From a virus: a stretch of DNA of 64,000 nucleotides. A model generated the notes under the pieces. It was not told the origin of the DNA, made no database searches, and saw only the letters and a list, made by a program, of their open reading frames with translations. Every line of letters begins with the position of its first letter. The stretch's first letter is position 1. Location: positions 1-64,000 of IMG/VR virus record IMGVR_UViG_3300048904_000222; one strand, written 5' to 3'. Positions 47,552 through 56,222 of this stretch are shown here, one piece after another. The translations under genes and the position numbers were made by a program.

Positions 47552-49642
47552 ATGCGTAGAGATGCTATCGGCCTCTTCTGGGAAGATCTTCCTCCCGAAA
47601 AGAAAGCGAAGAAAGAAAAGGTCAAGCGGCAACCGCCGCCCCGCGTGTGGGAAAGCCCGGACTACCTGCCGGGGCTCGAAGAAGCCCGCGCGTTCAACGT
47701 GCCTCTATTTACGGACCAAGAGTTGCTCGACGCAGCTTGGACCGAAGGCAAGAAAGAACCACTCGTATTCGACATCGAGTGTTACCCGAATTACTGGCAG
47801 TGTGCGTTCATGGGGTTGCGTAGCCGGAAGGTGATCAACTTCGAATATTCGCCCGGTGCAACGGTTGACTACGCACGGCTATCGTGGATCGTCAGTAATT
47901 GCCTGCTTGTCAGCTTCAACGGTATGAACTATGACCAATACATCTTATCGATGGCGGTCAACGGTTGCACCACCGAGCAGATGTATGAAGCGACGAAGCG
48001 CATCATTGAAGAAGAGATCAAGGGTTGGCAAGTAATTCGCAGCTACAGGACTAAGTCGCTGAAGCTCAACCACATCGATTTGATGGAGGTTGCGCCGCTT
48101 TTTGCCAGCCTGAAAGTTTATAACGGGCGCATGCACGGAAAGCGAATGCAAGACTTGCCGGTAAAGCCCGGCACCGTGCTTACGCAGGACCAAGCTACAA
48201 TTGTTCGATATTACTGTATCAACGACTTGACGGTTACGGCAAATCTGTATCTTGAAATTGAAGAACAGATTGATTTGCGCACGGACATGAGCAAGTCGTA
48301 CCAGATTGAACTCCGAAGCAAATCCGATGCGCAGATTGCAGAAAAGATCATTGCAGCGAAGTACGAGAAGCTAACGGGTCGCGAGCCTCACGTTCCCACA
48401 ATCACGCCGGGTACGGCCTACCGGTACGAGGTTCCGCACTTCATTAAGTTCCAGACTCCGCTTATGCAACGGGCGCTGGACATTGTCAAGAATTGCTGGT
48501 TCGTAGTGTCGGAAAAGGGTTCGATCATTAACCCGGCAGCGCTTGACGGCCTAACGATCCCGATGGGCCATTCCACCTACACAATGGGGATTGGTGGCCT
48601 ACACAGCACCGAGAAAAAGCAGGTTCTGGAGGCCCGTAATGGGTGGATTCTGCGTGACCGTGATGTCACTTCCTATTATCCAATCATCATTATTATGCTC
48701 GGGCTGTTCCCAGAACACTTGGGACGGGAATTCCTGGATATCTATAGTGATATCTACGGCGAACGAGTTACAGCCAAGGGCCTCATTAAGAAGTGGAAAG
48801 AAGCTGGCAATGCAGAACGGGAGCTGCACGCCAAGATTCTGTCCGCAACGCTGAAGATTGTTCTGAATGGCTCGTACGGAAAGTTCGGTAGCATGTATTC
48901 GATCATCTACAGCCCGCGACTTATTATCCAGACTACGCTGACCGGGCAATTGTCCATTCTGATGTTGATTGAAACACTTGAGCTGGCGGGCATTAGCGTG
49001 GTCAGCGCCAACACAGACGGCTTCGTTACCTACAGCCACGAAAGTGTTCAGGCGAAGGTTGACGAAATCGTAAATGACTGGATGAAACGTACTGGCTTCA
49101 CACTTGAAGACACCGATTACACGGGGCTCTACAGCCGGGACGTGAATAATTATATCGCGCTGAAAGCCGATGGTAAGTTCAAGGGCAAAGGTGTGTTTGC
49201 TGACCCGTGGGGTGCGCGGGCTGAAGGCGAACAGGTCAACCCGGAAGAGTACTTCAAGAAAAACCCGTCCTGTCAGATTTGCACGGAAGCTGTTGTCAAG
49301 CTACTGCGTGACAAACAACCGATCGAAAAGACCATCCGTGAATGTCGCGATATCCGCCGCTTTGTGCACGTCACAACTGTTGGATATGATAAAGAAGCCG
49401 GGGTTGGCGGTGGCGTAAAAATTTGGGAAGATGGTCGGATCCAATACCTTGGCAAAGCCGTTCGCTGGTACTATAGCAATCAAGTGACCGGAGAAATAAT
49501 CCGGGCGGCTAACGGTAACAAGGTTGGTCAGAGTGACGGTGCAAGACCTTGCATGGATTTGCCTGAAGAATTCCCGGACGATATCGACTATGAGTACTAT
49601 ATCGAACGGGCCAATAAATACCTCGGATGGTTAGGATACTGA
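47552..49642 (+). CDS. Family-B DNA polymerase with 3'-5' exonuclease domain
   Basis: Track ORF trimmed to the first ATG after the terminator (47552); 696 aa. Exo motifs are FDIECYP, NGMNYDQYIL and YCINDL. Pol motifs are DVTSYYPII (A), KIVLNGSYGKFG (B) and SANTDGFV (C). Confidence 0.85.
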   Translation: MRRDAIGLFWEDLPPEKKAKKEKVKRQPPPRVWESPDYLPGLEEARAFNVPLFTDQELLDAAWTEGKKEPLVFDIECYPNYWQCAFMGLRSRKVINFEYSPGATVDYARLSWIVSNCLLVSFNGMNYDQYILSMAVNGCTTEQMYEATKRIIEEEIKGWQVIRSYRTKSLKLNHIDLMEVAPLFASLKVYNGRMHGKRMQDLPVKPGTVLTQDQATIVRYYCINDLTVTANLYLEIEEQIDLRTDMSKSYQIELRSKSDAQIAEKIIAAKYEKLTGREPHVPTITPGTAYRYEVPHFIKFQTPLMQRALDIVKNCWFVVSEKGSIINPAALDGLTIPMGHSTYTMGIGGLHSTEKKQVLEARNGWILRDRDVTSYYPIIIIMLGLFPEHLGREFLDIYSDIYGERVTAKGLIKKWKEAGNAERELHAKILSATLKIVLNGSYGKFGSMYSIIYSPRLIIQTTLTGQLSILMLIETLELAGISVVSANTDGFVTYSHESVQAKVDEIVNDWMKRTGFTLEDTDYTGLYSRDVNNYIALKADGKFKGKGVFADPWGARAEGEQVNPEEYFKKNPSCQICTEAVVKLLRDKQPIEKTIRECRDIRRFVHVTTVGYDKEAGVGGGVKIWEDGRIQYLGKAVRWYYSNQVTGEIIRAANGNKVGQSDGARPCMDLPEEFPDDIDYEYYIERANKYLGWLGY

Positions 49643-49643
49643 A

Positions 49644-50429
49644 ATGGACACTGAAAACGACAATAGCCGCGCTGATGCGCTGACCGATGCACAACGCAGA
49701 ACGCTCCAATCTGCTTTGGACCTGTTCGTTTCTATGGGGCACGCCCCCGGAAGCGATCATGTGCGCACGCTGGCCGGGATGCTCGCTACCTGCCCTGTCG
49801 AGCAGCACGAAGCAGCGCCGGCCGCGTGGGATAAATTGCGCCATTCGCTGGCGGTCGCGATGTGCGGGTTCGTTTGTCGTCCCGATGGTCGTCGTAATCT
49901 GGATGCGGCCGTGAACGTGCTTGACGCCCTCACCGAACCTGGATCGCCACTCGCATGGTTGCGCACGATCGCACCGACAGCAGAGAATGAGCGGCCGGCG
50001 TTCTCGAAAGACGTAATTCGCGAAGTGTTCATGGCGCACGGATTCACGATCAAGGAAGGGCAAACAGACCTGAAGCAGTACGTGTTCGACGCAGCCTATG
50101 CGTTGCTCGCCCGCGCCTCGTCGCCCAATGCGGCGCGACGGTGCTGTGGACAATCGCCGTGCGCGCATCCCGGCAAAGGCCCGTGCGACATGCCGGCCCT
50201 GCCGCGAGTTTCGCCGCCCAATGCGACGGACGAAATATTCCCGGATCTTTTTCACGCCGGACTCGAAGAAGGAAATTACTGGTTCAAGCTCGTTCAAGGC
50301 GGCGAATGGGAACTTGCCGAAATTCGGTTCGACGGTGTGTATTTCGTCGGAGAGGATTATATGTATAACGTCGAACACCCGTCACTTGTTGGCGCAAAGG
50401 TTCGGAAGATCGAACCGCCGAAGGATTGA
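49644..50429 (+). CDS. Hypothetical protein (261 aa)
   Basis: Track ORF that starts 1 nt after the polymerase stop. Confidence 0.5.
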   Translation: MDTENDNSRADALTDAQRRTLQSALDLFVSMGHAPGSDHVRTLAGMLATCPVEQHEAAPAAWDKLRHSLAVAMCGFVCRPDGRRNLDAAVNVLDALTEPGSPLAWLRTIAPTAENERPAFSKDVIREVFMAHGFTIKEGQTDLKQYVFDAAYALLARASSPNAARRCCGQSPCAHPGKGPCDMPALPRVSPPNATDEIFPDLFHAGLEEGNYWFKLVQGGEWELAEIRFDGVYFVGEDYMYNVEHPSLVGAKVRKIEPPKD

Positions 50430-50671
50430 CTGTGAAACGCTATCTTGTATTCGCGTTCGATAGCTACTATCCGGCTGGTGGCTGGGACGACTTTCGCGGG
50501 ATGTTCGACGAAGAAGCAGGAGCTCGTGCGCGTGCCTATGAATGTGTCATGGGTGTGAACGGTGAAATCCTGCGGGATTTTGCGCAGGTAGTTGACACGC
50601 AAGAAAATCGCATAAGCACCTACAAATTAGGTCAAGCCGCGCCAGCGATTGGCACATGGGATGTACGCTGA
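50426..50671 (+). CDS. Hypothetical protein (81 aa), last rightward gene
   Basis: Track ORF with a TTG or GTG start overlapping the previous stop. Confidence 0.4.
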   Translation: MTVKRYLVFAFDSYYPAGGWDDFRGMFDEEAGARARAYECVMGVNGEILRDFAQVVDTQENRISTYKLGQAAPAIGTWDVR

Positions 50672-50731
50672 ATAGCGGCCCGTAGCGGGCTCGGCGCGGC
50701 CGCGTGTGGGTACGTGCCACCCAAACGAAAC

Positions 50732-50769
50732 GGCCCCTGCAAGCGTAGTTCTTTTACGCAGCAGGGGCC
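50732..50769. terminator. Long stem-loop between convergent operons
   Basis: GGCCCCTGC-AA-GCGTA-GTTCTTT-TACGC-A-GCAGGGGCC forms 9+5 bp. A T-rich tail (GTTTCGTTTGG) follows on the minus-strand side. Lies between the ends at 50671 (+) and 50790 (-). Confidence 0.55.
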
Positions 50770-50789
50770 GAATCGCTTGCACGGCGAGC

Positions 50790-50954
50790 TTACACGGTCA
50801 CGCCTTGCGTTGCCATCCACGTTTTGATTTCCGAGCTGAACGTGACGCCACTTCCCACAGCCAGCTCCTTCAACGCCTTCGCAACCATCTGCACAGGCGT
50901 TGGCGGGGCCGGCGGAGGTGTTACAACGACCGGAGTTGGAGCGGTGATTTTCAT
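50790..50954 (-). CDS. Hypothetical protein (54 aa), last gene of the tail operon
   Basis: Hand-found ORF: MKITAPTPVVVTPPPAPPTPVQMVAKALKELAVGSGVTFSSEIKTWMATQGVTV. The ATG lies 2 nt after the upstream stop. Confidence 0.35.
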   Translation of the reverse strand: MKITAPTPVVVTPPPAPPTPVQMVAKALKELAVGSGVTFSSEIKTWMATQGVTV

Positions 50955-50956
50955 TT

Positions 50957-51358
50957 CTACACCTTGGTGATCAGGAAAGACTTGTCCATGTACGGCCAGA
51001 CCCGCACAACAACCGTGTACGTGCCGGGTTTCGGGTAATCCAGTTCACATTCGGGGTCCGGGCAATCGTACCAGACCCCTTCCACCAGAATCTGGGATGG
51101 AACGGGAATGCCGGAGATCACGTAGCCGCTGAGCGTCGCCGGGTTCTCCGGGCGCGCGGTAACATGGCCGCCAACCACGTAGTCGGTGCTCGGATCCGAG
51201 GCTTCGAGAATCATTGCGCAGCCGCTCGGGACTGTTTGCAAACCGACGTCGTTCTCCGGAACGTTCCCGGACATATAGATCTTTCCCGTATCCATATAAT
51301 AGATCGTGAAAGAAACGTTTGCCGAATTTTCTTGAACTTCATCCATTTTCTTGTCCAC
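50957..51358 (-). CDS. Hypothetical protein (133 aa), tail-associated by position
   Basis: Track ORF downstream of the J-like gene. Confidence 0.45.
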   Translation of the reverse strand: MDKKMDEVQENSANVSFTIYYMDTGKIYMSGNVPENDVGLQTVPSGCAMILEASDPSTDYVVGGHVTARPENPATLSGYVISGIPVPSQILVEGVWYDCPDPECELDYPKPGTYTVVVRVWPYMDKSFLITKV

Positions 51359-51527
51359 TCTTTACGGTTAGCGTTTTCGGGTCAAACTTCTCACCCACCT
51401 CTGCCGGGATACCGTACACGAAATCGTATCCAGGTTCCTCTGGTTGATCAGCGATGGAAAACGGCTCGCCCATCACAGTCAAAACAATTTCACCGTCTGA
51501 AATACGGTACTTGAAAAATCTAATCAT
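51339..51527 (-). CDS. Hypothetical protein (62 aa)
   Basis: Trimmed to ATG 51527, which overlaps the J-like stop (ATGA). Confidence 0.4.
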   Translation of the reverse strand: MIRFFKYRISDGEIVLTVMGEPFSIADQPEEPGYDFVYGIPAEVGEKFDPKTLTVKSGQENG

Positions 51528-54500
51528 CGCTGGAACTCTAGAGTAGTGATTCGGCACGCACCGCCGCCGTTGAGTGTTAAATTGTGCGTACCGGCACTTA
51601 ACGGCCCGGACCAGATACCATAGCCGGGTGAGAATAAGCCTGTTTCGAATATTGCTTGTGGCCCACCATCGATATTCAATGTATATCGGGTAGACGGGGC
51701 GTTGCCGCCGAAAACGATAGTAACAATTCCGCCTGTCGTATTAAAATTTACGTTGACGGTATTGGTGCCGCTGAACGAATTGCCGATCGTAACCGCACCG
51801 GCCGCAATGCGCAACGTATCGATTTGAGCGAAACCAATCTTTGCCGTATTGATTTGAGCATCACCAATCTTTGCGGTAGTGATAGCCCCGTCTTGGATTT
51901 TAGCACTATTGATTTGTGCGTCAGCAATCAAGGCGTTCGTAATCTGCGCATTGCCAATCTTGGCGGTCGAAATTGATGCATCTGCAATCTTGGCATTCGT
52001 AATCTGTGCGTCACCAATCTTCGCCGTATTGATCGTGCCGTCACGGATCATTGCGGTGTCCATGTACACCACACCGCCGACAACGATGAACGGGTACTTT
52101 CGAGTTGCGTTGTTCGAAGGATCCGAAATCGAAACACGGTTTGCCATCAGGATGATGTCTGACGCACCAGACTCCACACCGATACCGATGCCAGCAAGAA
52201 CAGGCGTTCCGTCCGGGGCAACGCCCTGCGCCTTCAGCAAGATCATCGCGTTGATCTTATCGTTGATCTGTGTGATTTCCGTAGCAGCGCCGCCGCCGCT
52301 ATCGATCTTTTCCTGTAGGGATTGCGCAAGCTGGGTTTCGTCAATCTGACCCGCAAGATAGTCAAGCAACTTGCCAGCGTCCGAGCTGCTTTCGCCAACG
52401 ATGCCGATGCCGTTATTGAACCACGGTCCCGGTCGCCCAGCCTTGTCAATCACTCGCGCCCAATAATAGTGACGCTCACCAGGACCCATATCCATCTGGC
52501 TATAGGTCAGAATGGTTTCGGGCACAGTAATCAGCAACACGGCGTTGCCAAGCTGGTTGCTCAGGCCATGCCACAATTCTACGTTGTCCGGCATGCCGCC
52601 GTTATTCGCCTGAATATTCCAGTCAATACGGATGCCATACAACAAAGAGGTTGTGGTCAGTGCGCCAATGCTCGACAGAGGAAGCGTGGTGGCCTGCACG
52701 TCAACCGAAATGGTCGTCCACGGTCCGGCCAGCGTTCCCACACCGCGCGCGCGAATAAGCCAATGCTGTGGCGTCAGCGATACGTCGAGCTGCGGATTCG
52801 TGTTGTTTCCGACCTTTATCCAGGTTGAGCCGTTGTCGGGTGAAACTTGGAACTCGTAATACGATGCACCATTTGCGGCCGTGCATACAATCGTCTGACG
52901 ACCAACCGAATAGGTGTATTCGAGCGACACCTTATCGATGATTGGAAGTTGTGGTGGCCTTGGCAAGTTTGACGGCGGAACTGGTTCTGGGATAATGCCA
53001 CCAGTCTCAGCCGCAAAAACGTTCGCGTCGTAATTGACGAAGGTGAGCGTAACGGTGCCATCGCCCTGCGGCTGGGCGCTGTACATAACCGCCAGCAAGC
53101 CATCCCGGCCAACCGGGCCGAACTGGTATTGCGTAGGCTCGTCGTGCGAGCTATCGGAAATGTAGATCTGCGCCATGCGGGACGAAGTAACCCCGGTCAG
53201 GATAACTTCGTTCGGATCACCGTTCGGATTCGCAACGCATGTGAACGGGCCGTCTGCCGAACCGTCCTTCTTACGGAAGGAGATAACGTGCGTTTCGCCA
53301 GGATTGAACGTAACGTTCTCGGACAGCGTAACAAGACCCGTATTGCTGTTGAGCCCGTACACACGGCCGCTAAATCCCCATTCAACAACGTCGTGGGAGA
53401 TTTTACACAGGTCATTATATTGCGGTAACATACCTTCCAGTTCGGTTGTGAACTGGATAGTCCGACGCTGCAACTTGTTCATTGCAGCCATAGTCATGCC
53501 TTCGCGCCATGCGTGCGCGCGGTCCGTACACCCCGGCAACTGAATTTCAGACGGCTTGGTTGCGGTTGCTCCCGGCAGGATACAGTCGACGGAATCATCC
53601 GACCATGTCTGTTCGTTTCGGAACTGAATTCGAACAAAGTCCGGGGTATCGACTTCTGCGAATTGATACGTCGTACTGAACGAGCCAGACATCATGTTAT
53701 CCGGCTGATACATCTGACGTGGGATAGACTGCGGTTCGTTTCGAATAAACGAAATCAACCCGGCGTAGTACACGGGCACGGTTCTTCCCACACGCAGGCA
53801 GAGTTGCAGGGCGGACCAGAGCTGGATCTTCGTGTCGTAGTAATAGTTGAACGTATCCCCGCGAGAATCGAACGTCTGAGCGAGCTGGTACAGCTTCAAC
53901 AGGTCGTATTTGCTGTCGACCATGCCTCGGCCATAATCGCTGTTACGAAGAATGTCCGCTGCGGCATGGGCCGGGTTCTGCGTAGGGCTGGTGGTCAGCG
54001 ACCAGCCATTTACAGGGTCCCACGTCTGGAGCCTCCGCGTACCGATCACGTTAATATTGTGCGTGGAGGAAGTCGAAAGCTGGTTCGTGGCTTTCATGAT
54101 GATTGCCAGCATCGTACAGTTACCGTAATTCGTCGGTGCCGTCAAATACGCTTTCAAACCATCCCAGTACAACGTGTCCGAAGTTCGTCCGTCTGTGGAT
54201 CCGATATTTGTACGAACGCCACGCACTTGGTAGCGCCCGGGTGGCAATTGAACTTTGTGAGTAATTCGAATTGCGTCCCGTGAAGCAGAAGTCATCGAAT
54301 TCGCTACCAACGTGTTCCAAACCGGAGTTGTCGGATTGCCGCTATCGTCAATCGGTCTGTAATCGAAACGGTACGAACACGTCGCGTTGACGTTCTTACC
54401 GCTGTCGTCAATCCTAAAAAGTCCTTGCGGGATGGAAATATCAACAGCAATATAGTTCGAGATTGTGCCGGCTGCGGATGCAACGAACGGGCCAAGACGG

Positions 54501-55294
54501 TCGGCAGTCTCGTCGTTTGTACCCTTCAAAATCTGGCTTGCAACTTCGGTTGACGTAACGACGTTCGTGGGAAACAAAGTCACAGGCTGGTAAGGGCCAA
54601 TAACCTCGGTTTGGATACCATCGTACGTCGAAATATCAGTGTCGCCAATCAGAATCTGATTGATGTCCATCTCTCCCTGCGTCAACATGAAAAGTTGATA
54701 CAGGTACTGATTGTCGCCTTGCATCTCCGTGTACGGTTGCGCAGCAAAGTCCGGCGTGATTTTTTCACGCCCATAAAGGACAGGAATAGATTGTAGAATC
54801 CGTGCGGTGTTCCCGCTGGGCGACAGGCTGTATGTTGGGCTTGCTGACCCCGAACTCGATGAACTCGCAAGCCCTAACTGGTTGGACTGTGGAAACATGA
54901 TGCTCAAAAGCATCGCCCCGCCAATTGATACGGCAGCGGCCGCAGCGGCACCAGCAGCGGCCCCGTATGCGGCACCAGCGGCACCGCCCGTGTACACGGA
55001 GGCGACGACGATCGCGATCATCAAAATGATCTGCAGAGGGTTCGAACCCCGACCGCCTTTCGGGAGATGCTGTACAGTTACAACGTCGCCGTCACGTACC
55101 CGCAACCCCCACTGCTTCTCGAGCAGCACCTTACCATTGTGCGTGACCACAAACGGTGCAACCCGCTTCCCGTTGACAATGAACTTTCGGCGTGTGAGGT
55201 TCTTTCGAATACTATGGCCTGGAAACGCGAGATGCGTTTTCCGTTGAATGCTCGGACGGAACGGGTTTGTCAGTTCGATCAGATGCGCCGTCAT
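51524..55294 (-). CDS. Central tail-tip / host-specificity protein (lambda J-like)
   Basis: 1256 aa. It follows the NlpC/P60 (K-like) and L-like genes as in lambdoid tails. Fibronectin-like middle region. The C-terminal part carries 8 decapeptide repeats of the form I(G/A)DAQIxxAK. Confidence 0.75.
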   Translation of the reverse strand: MTAHLIELTNPFRPSIQRKTHLAFPGHSIRKNLTRRKFIVNGKRVAPFVVTHNGKVLLEKQWGLRVRDGDVVTVQHLPKGGRGSNPLQIILMIAIVVASVYTGGAAGAAYGAAAGAAAAAAVSIGGAMLLSIMFPQSNQLGLASSSSSGSASPTYSLSPSGNTARILQSIPVLYGREKITPDFAAQPYTEMQGDNQYLYQLFMLTQGEMDINQILIGDTDISTYDGIQTEVIGPYQPVTLFPTNVVTSTEVASQILKGTNDETADRLGPFVASAAGTISNYIAVDISIPQGLFRIDDSGKNVNATCSYRFDYRPIDDSGNPTTPVWNTLVANSMTSASRDAIRITHKVQLPPGRYQVRGVRTNIGSTDGRTSDTLYWDGLKAYLTAPTNYGNCTMLAIIMKATNQLSTSSTHNINVIGTRRLQTWDPVNGWSLTTSPTQNPAHAAADILRNSDYGRGMVDSKYDLLKLYQLAQTFDSRGDTFNYYYDTKIQLWSALQLCLRVGRTVPVYYAGLISFIRNEPQSIPRQMYQPDNMMSGSFSTTYQFAEVDTPDFVRIQFRNEQTWSDDSVDCILPGATATKPSEIQLPGCTDRAHAWREGMTMAAMNKLQRRTIQFTTELEGMLPQYNDLCKISHDVVEWGFSGRVYGLNSNTGLVTLSENVTFNPGETHVISFRKKDGSADGPFTCVANPNGDPNEVILTGVTSSRMAQIYISDSSHDEPTQYQFGPVGRDGLLAVMYSAQPQGDGTVTLTFVNYDANVFAAETGGIIPEPVPPSNLPRPPQLPIIDKVSLEYTYSVGRQTIVCTAANGASYYEFQVSPDNGSTWIKVGNNTNPQLDVSLTPQHWLIRARGVGTLAGPWTTISVDVQATTLPLSSIGALTTTSLLYGIRIDWNIQANNGGMPDNVELWHGLSNQLGNAVLLITVPETILTYSQMDMGPGERHYYWARVIDKAGRPGPWFNNGIGIVGESSSDAGKLLDYLAGQIDETQLAQSLQEKIDSGGGAATEITQINDKINAMILLKAQGVAPDGTPVLAGIGIGVESGASDIILMANRVSISDPSNNATRKYPFIVVGGVVYMDTAMIRDGTINTAKIGDAQITNAKIADASISTAKIGNAQITNALIADAQINSAKIQDGAITTAKIGDAQINTAKIGFAQIDTLRIAAGAVTIGNSFSGTNTVNVNFNTTGGIVTIVFGGNAPSTRYTLNIDGGPQAIFETGLFSPGYGIWSGPLSAGTHNLTLNGGGACRITTLEFQR
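51788..52048 (-). repeat. 30-bp tandem coding repeat (8 units) in the J-like gene
   Basis: It encodes IRDGTINTAK IGDAQITNAK IADASISTAK IGNAQITNAL IADAQINSAK IQDGAITTAK IGDAQINTAK IGFAQIDTLR. The periodicity is visible in the DNA as repeated CAATCTT(T/G)GC. Confidence 0.75.
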
Positions 55295-55692
55295 TATTTC
55301 ACCCTGTAATACGAAGCTCGGCCATACCCATAGCGGAGAAGCTCACTGCGTCGCGTCCAGATAACGCCAACCCCCTCCATGCAATGCAAGACACCGCCAT
55401 GATCGTTTTCGAGCCACACACCAACGTGCGGCCGGGTGCCGTCGCGCAGCAGGGCACAGTCACCGTCAATCGGGTCGGTATGAATCATCGTGTACAAACC
55501 CTGATCCATACATTCGATATGAAGTTTCAGAAGATCTTGCGAACCATCGAGCGCTGCGACGGGAAGCCTGCGGTTATAATATCGGGCCTGCACGTAACGC
55601 AGGAACTCCCAACAATTGAACCCTTCTTCTGGCATCTTTCCCGTGTAGGAATATGGAATGCCAACAAGCTCTCCAATTTCGTAGTCTTTCAT
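55294..55692 (-). CDS. NlpC/P60-family tail protein (lambda K-like)
   Basis: Trimmed to ATG 55692, which overlaps the upstream stop (ATGA); 132 aa. The catalytic-Cys context is EGFNCWEFLRYV and a downstream His sits in PHVGVW. Confidence 0.65.
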   Translation of the reverse strand: MKDYEIGELVGIPYSYTGKMPEEGFNCWEFLRYVQARYYNRRLPVAALDGSQDLLKLHIECMDQGLYTMIHTDPIDGDCALLRDGTRPHVGVWLENDHGGVLHCMEGVGVIWTRRSELLRYGYGRASYYRVK

Positions 55693-56222
55693 CGCACGAG
55701 CCCCGGGAAGTCTTGCGGCGTGTAAAGTCGGTTTGGGAAGCCCCAATTTGTAACATCCGACGTTGTTGCCGTTCCATTGATTGTAAAAATATCGACCGTG
55801 ACTTTGGACAGAACAAAGTTGAAAGGAGGATCCATCTGCGGGGTGCTAGGATCGCTTTCGAGATACGGCCGATATGTGATTTCAATCGGCACGATAGACG
55901 GCGCAGCAAGTTCGATATAACGACTCATGCGTCGGTCAACGTTGTCAATAGAAATCTTTAACTCAGGCGTGGAGCTATCGCTCTGATCCGGAAGTTGAAA
56001 ATTGAACGGGCACCCAACAAACGTAACGGTCTGGCCGGGGTTCATTGGAGCATTCGGCTCGAGCGTGAGATTGTAATTCTGATACGCGCGCACAATACGA
56101 AGTGCCGTGGGATTGCCGCTATCGTCTACAAAATACGGATGGCGAATCTCCAACGTGTCCAAAGGCACTTCATTTATGTCCGCAGATGCATAAGCTTCTG
56201 CAATTGCGTCTTTATAACTCAT
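55689..56222 (-). CDS. Minor tail protein (lambda L-like / DUF1833-like)
   Basis: 177 aa. Called from position between the fibre and K-like genes, and from a sequence resembling DUF1833 tail proteins (LDTLEIRHP...). Confidence 0.5.
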   Translation of the reverse strand: MSYKDAIAEAYASADINEVPLDTLEIRHPYFVDDSGNPTALRIVRAYQNYNLTLEPNAPMNPGQTVTFVGCPFNFQLPDQSDSSTPELKISIDNVDRRMSRYIELAAPSIVPIEITYRPYLESDPSTPQMDPPFNFVLSKVTVDIFTINGTATTSDVTNWGFPNRLYTPQDFPGLVR

